Assembly (NCBI RefSeq): GCF_004010195.1
Contig: NC_057750.1
Span: 8,160,084 to 8,224,083 of the forward strand
DNA: 64,000 nucleotides
Origin: Chiloscyllium plagiosum
Taxonomy: Eukaryota
Direction: 5' to 3'
The position numbers and the translations under genes were made by a program. Positions 61,561 through 64,000 of this stretch are shown here, in pieces. The notes under the pieces were generated by a model. That model worked only from the letters and a program-made list of their open reading frames with translations. It made no database searches and was not told the origin of the DNA. Each line of letters opens with the position of its first letter. Position 1 is the first letter of the stretch.

Positions 61561-63619
61561 CTTTCCCATGCACTGCTCCTCCCCTCACTGTTATTAATCA
61601 TCTCCAAACCAGAGGAAGCATTGGTGGATCTCCAACTTGCAACGTGTACTAACTTGGCTATTCACCAGAGCAGCTTGGGCTGACCTGTTTCCCAGGCTTG
61701 TGTCCTCCACCTTCTAAATTAAATTTGTATCGACACCCTTGCCAGCGCTGCTGGGTAACCACTCTTGGGGTATTTCATGAGGAATGCTGATATACTTATG
61801 GCGTTCCCACTTGGTGACCTTTGCCCAGTATCTCCTATTGCAGTCACAGTGCAGATGACAAATCGATGAACTCATACAGTTGTCTCTTGGCTTTACGTCG
61901 CTTTGTAACTGCCCCTTTTGCAGCAAAACAGCACCTGCTCTTAACACCACATTTGTTTCTTACCAGCAGTGGTTTTTTTTTTAAACATTTGTATTTAAAA
62001 TTATTATTTTAAGAGTGGACACAGTTTTCCCAATTGCGTTTTTGTTGAGGTGGGATGATATGTACCAAGGGCTTGCTTCCTTCTGTTCCATCTCATCTCA
62101 TTCGATCAAAGTTCCCACATCACCTCAATTGTAAGGATAGAAGTGTATAGGAAGATGGCAAAGGCAGTATGGGTTCGTGTGACTGGGGCCATTTTTGGGT
62201 AACTTCTGCAGGTTAGTATTTGAGGTGAGAAACCTTGTTTAAAAGCATTGCCTTGTGCAACACCCACTCGTCTTTGTGGTCCCTCCAAACAGAAAAATAA
62301 GGAGTTAAGTTGCACTTGTAGACTGTGGGTACAAAAGGAGCTATACAACAAAATGTTTTATAACCAATTGAGTATGATTGCAGAGAAAAAGAGGCAGCAA
62401 TCTCCCGTAAAGCTGTTAAAGAAGAATCATTCTGCACTCAACGTTAACTCTGGATTTTTCTCCAAATGTTGCCCGACTTGTCATGTGGCTGCAGCATTCT
62501 CGTGTTTGTTTCCCATAAAACAGAATGTGATAATGATCGGAATGTTTGTTGATGTTCAAGATGTACACTAGCCATGACAGTAGGAATATTTCTGTAGCTT
62601 ATTGAAATACAGCCCTTATGCTTGCAAATCCACTGCAGTGTCAGGCACTGTCTCAGTTTAATGTAGTTGCAGCACAGAAGACCATTTGCCTTGTACTCCT
62701 GCTGTGAAGAGCTGTTCAGGTAGTCCCACACGCCCTCCCTCTCCCTTTTTCCTTTTACCCTGCAAATCTTATTTCCAGGTTTGTGACTCAATCTTGAACA
62801 CTTTCGTTTATCTCCTCCAGCACACACTCAGAGTCAATTCCAAATCCTGACCACTCACTGTATTTAAATAAAATGTTATATTAACTTATTGGTCCTTTTG
62901 CCAATCATCCTAACTCTCTGCCTTCTAGTTCATTTTTAAAAAAGAGCATTTCAAACAGTGCAGCCTTCCCTCAATTGTGCACTGGAGAGTCAGCTTAAAT
63001 TTTATTCTCCAGACCCCTCCAGCGGAAATTCAACCCACGTCTTTGATTTGGTTCGTGCACTCCAGTCATAATTATGCACATTATTAACAGTTCTTAGAAC
63101 TGCTCTTGTAAGAATTTTTGATTTTTAGTCACATTGCTGACGAGGTCACCATCTGGAGTTGTTGAGGCAACTGCACTCTTAGAATTAAGAATCAAGATGG
63201 CATTCTTAATCCAGTAAGAGTGCAGGGTGGGGCAAGAGTTAGATCAGCATTAGTGTCTTGTTGTTTAAGAAGATTCATAAACTCATTTTGTCACTGCATC
63301 CACAAAGAAATGGGTGTATGTTAACGGAGCCCTCTTTCAAAAATACACACACAAACATTTCCAGACAGTCTACTCCTAATGGTAACCCTGCTGGGAATAC
63401 TGTTCCATTTAGCTGCAGGATTTTGTTCATTGTGCAATCCCAGCCAGTCCCATGCTACCTATCCATCATATGCACCAAAAATCCATTTCTTTTTGCAGCA
63501 AGCAGACAGACAACAGATGGGCCTTTGAGCTGGGCCAGCTCTATCAGGTCTGGAACCGAACTGCAAGACTGTCGTTCTGGCGACATCTCTTGGTCAAGTA
63601 GAATATTGCAGCTTGTTTT

Positions 63620-64000
63620 CAACTAGACTTTAACATAGCAAAGGGATAAGAATGACTGGTATTATTCAGTACATTAAATGTAACAAACATCCCAAAGTTG
63701 CATCACAGAAATGTTATATAATGATGTTTAACAGCATGAGCTGATGTTGAGGCAACTGGTCAAATGTTGGGTGGATAGAATAGATTTTAAATAATGTCTT
63801 AAAACAGGAAAGGAAGGGAGTGCCAGAACTAAAATCCCTGGCAGCTGAAAACATGTCTGCTAATTGTGGGGCAGTGGATATTAGAGCTGATTGGGAAGCC
63901 AGAATTGAAGGAATATGGACACCTCAAGATTGTAAGGTTGTAGAATGTTGCAGCGATAGAGAGAAGCCATGATGGGTGGTTTGCAAAAGGATAATACTTT
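63620..64000 (-). mobile_element. Old LINE 3' remnant (L2-like)
   Basis: Resemblance by recall only; highly diverged. Confidence 0.35.

Overview
Eukaryotic, vertebrate genomic DNA. The repeat content (HE1-type V-SINEs, CR1/HER1-type LINEs, Penelope-like elements) points to a cartilaginous fish, probably a shark; this is inference. The only host gene supported is the 3' end of ARHGAP35 (p190A RhoGAP) on the + strand. It has four coding exons (39604-39681, 40332-40463, 42218-42323, 44577-44871), all with canonical AG/GT boundaries and compatible phases. They are preceded by a >39 kb repeat-rich intron and followed by a ~10 kb TE-poor probable 3'UTR. Most interesting: (1) the ORF stops right after [10 protein letters not shown], while the next in-frame codons still resemble the mammalian p190A C-terminal tail (a fossil tail behind two stops, ending in SKL); (2) several Penelope-like element termini of 3-4 families carry minimal hammerhead-ribozyme motifs, each with a core lesion, and some break at the core; (3) three local templated duplications lie between 24.6 and 29.6 kb, including a perfect 123-bp inverted copy. 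There is no evidence for CRISPR arrays, rRNA genes, true tRNA genes or prokaryote-type systems. Most short ORFs in the track are retroelement debris or noise. Boundaries of old repeats are approximate, and homology calls rest on recalled sequences, not database searches.
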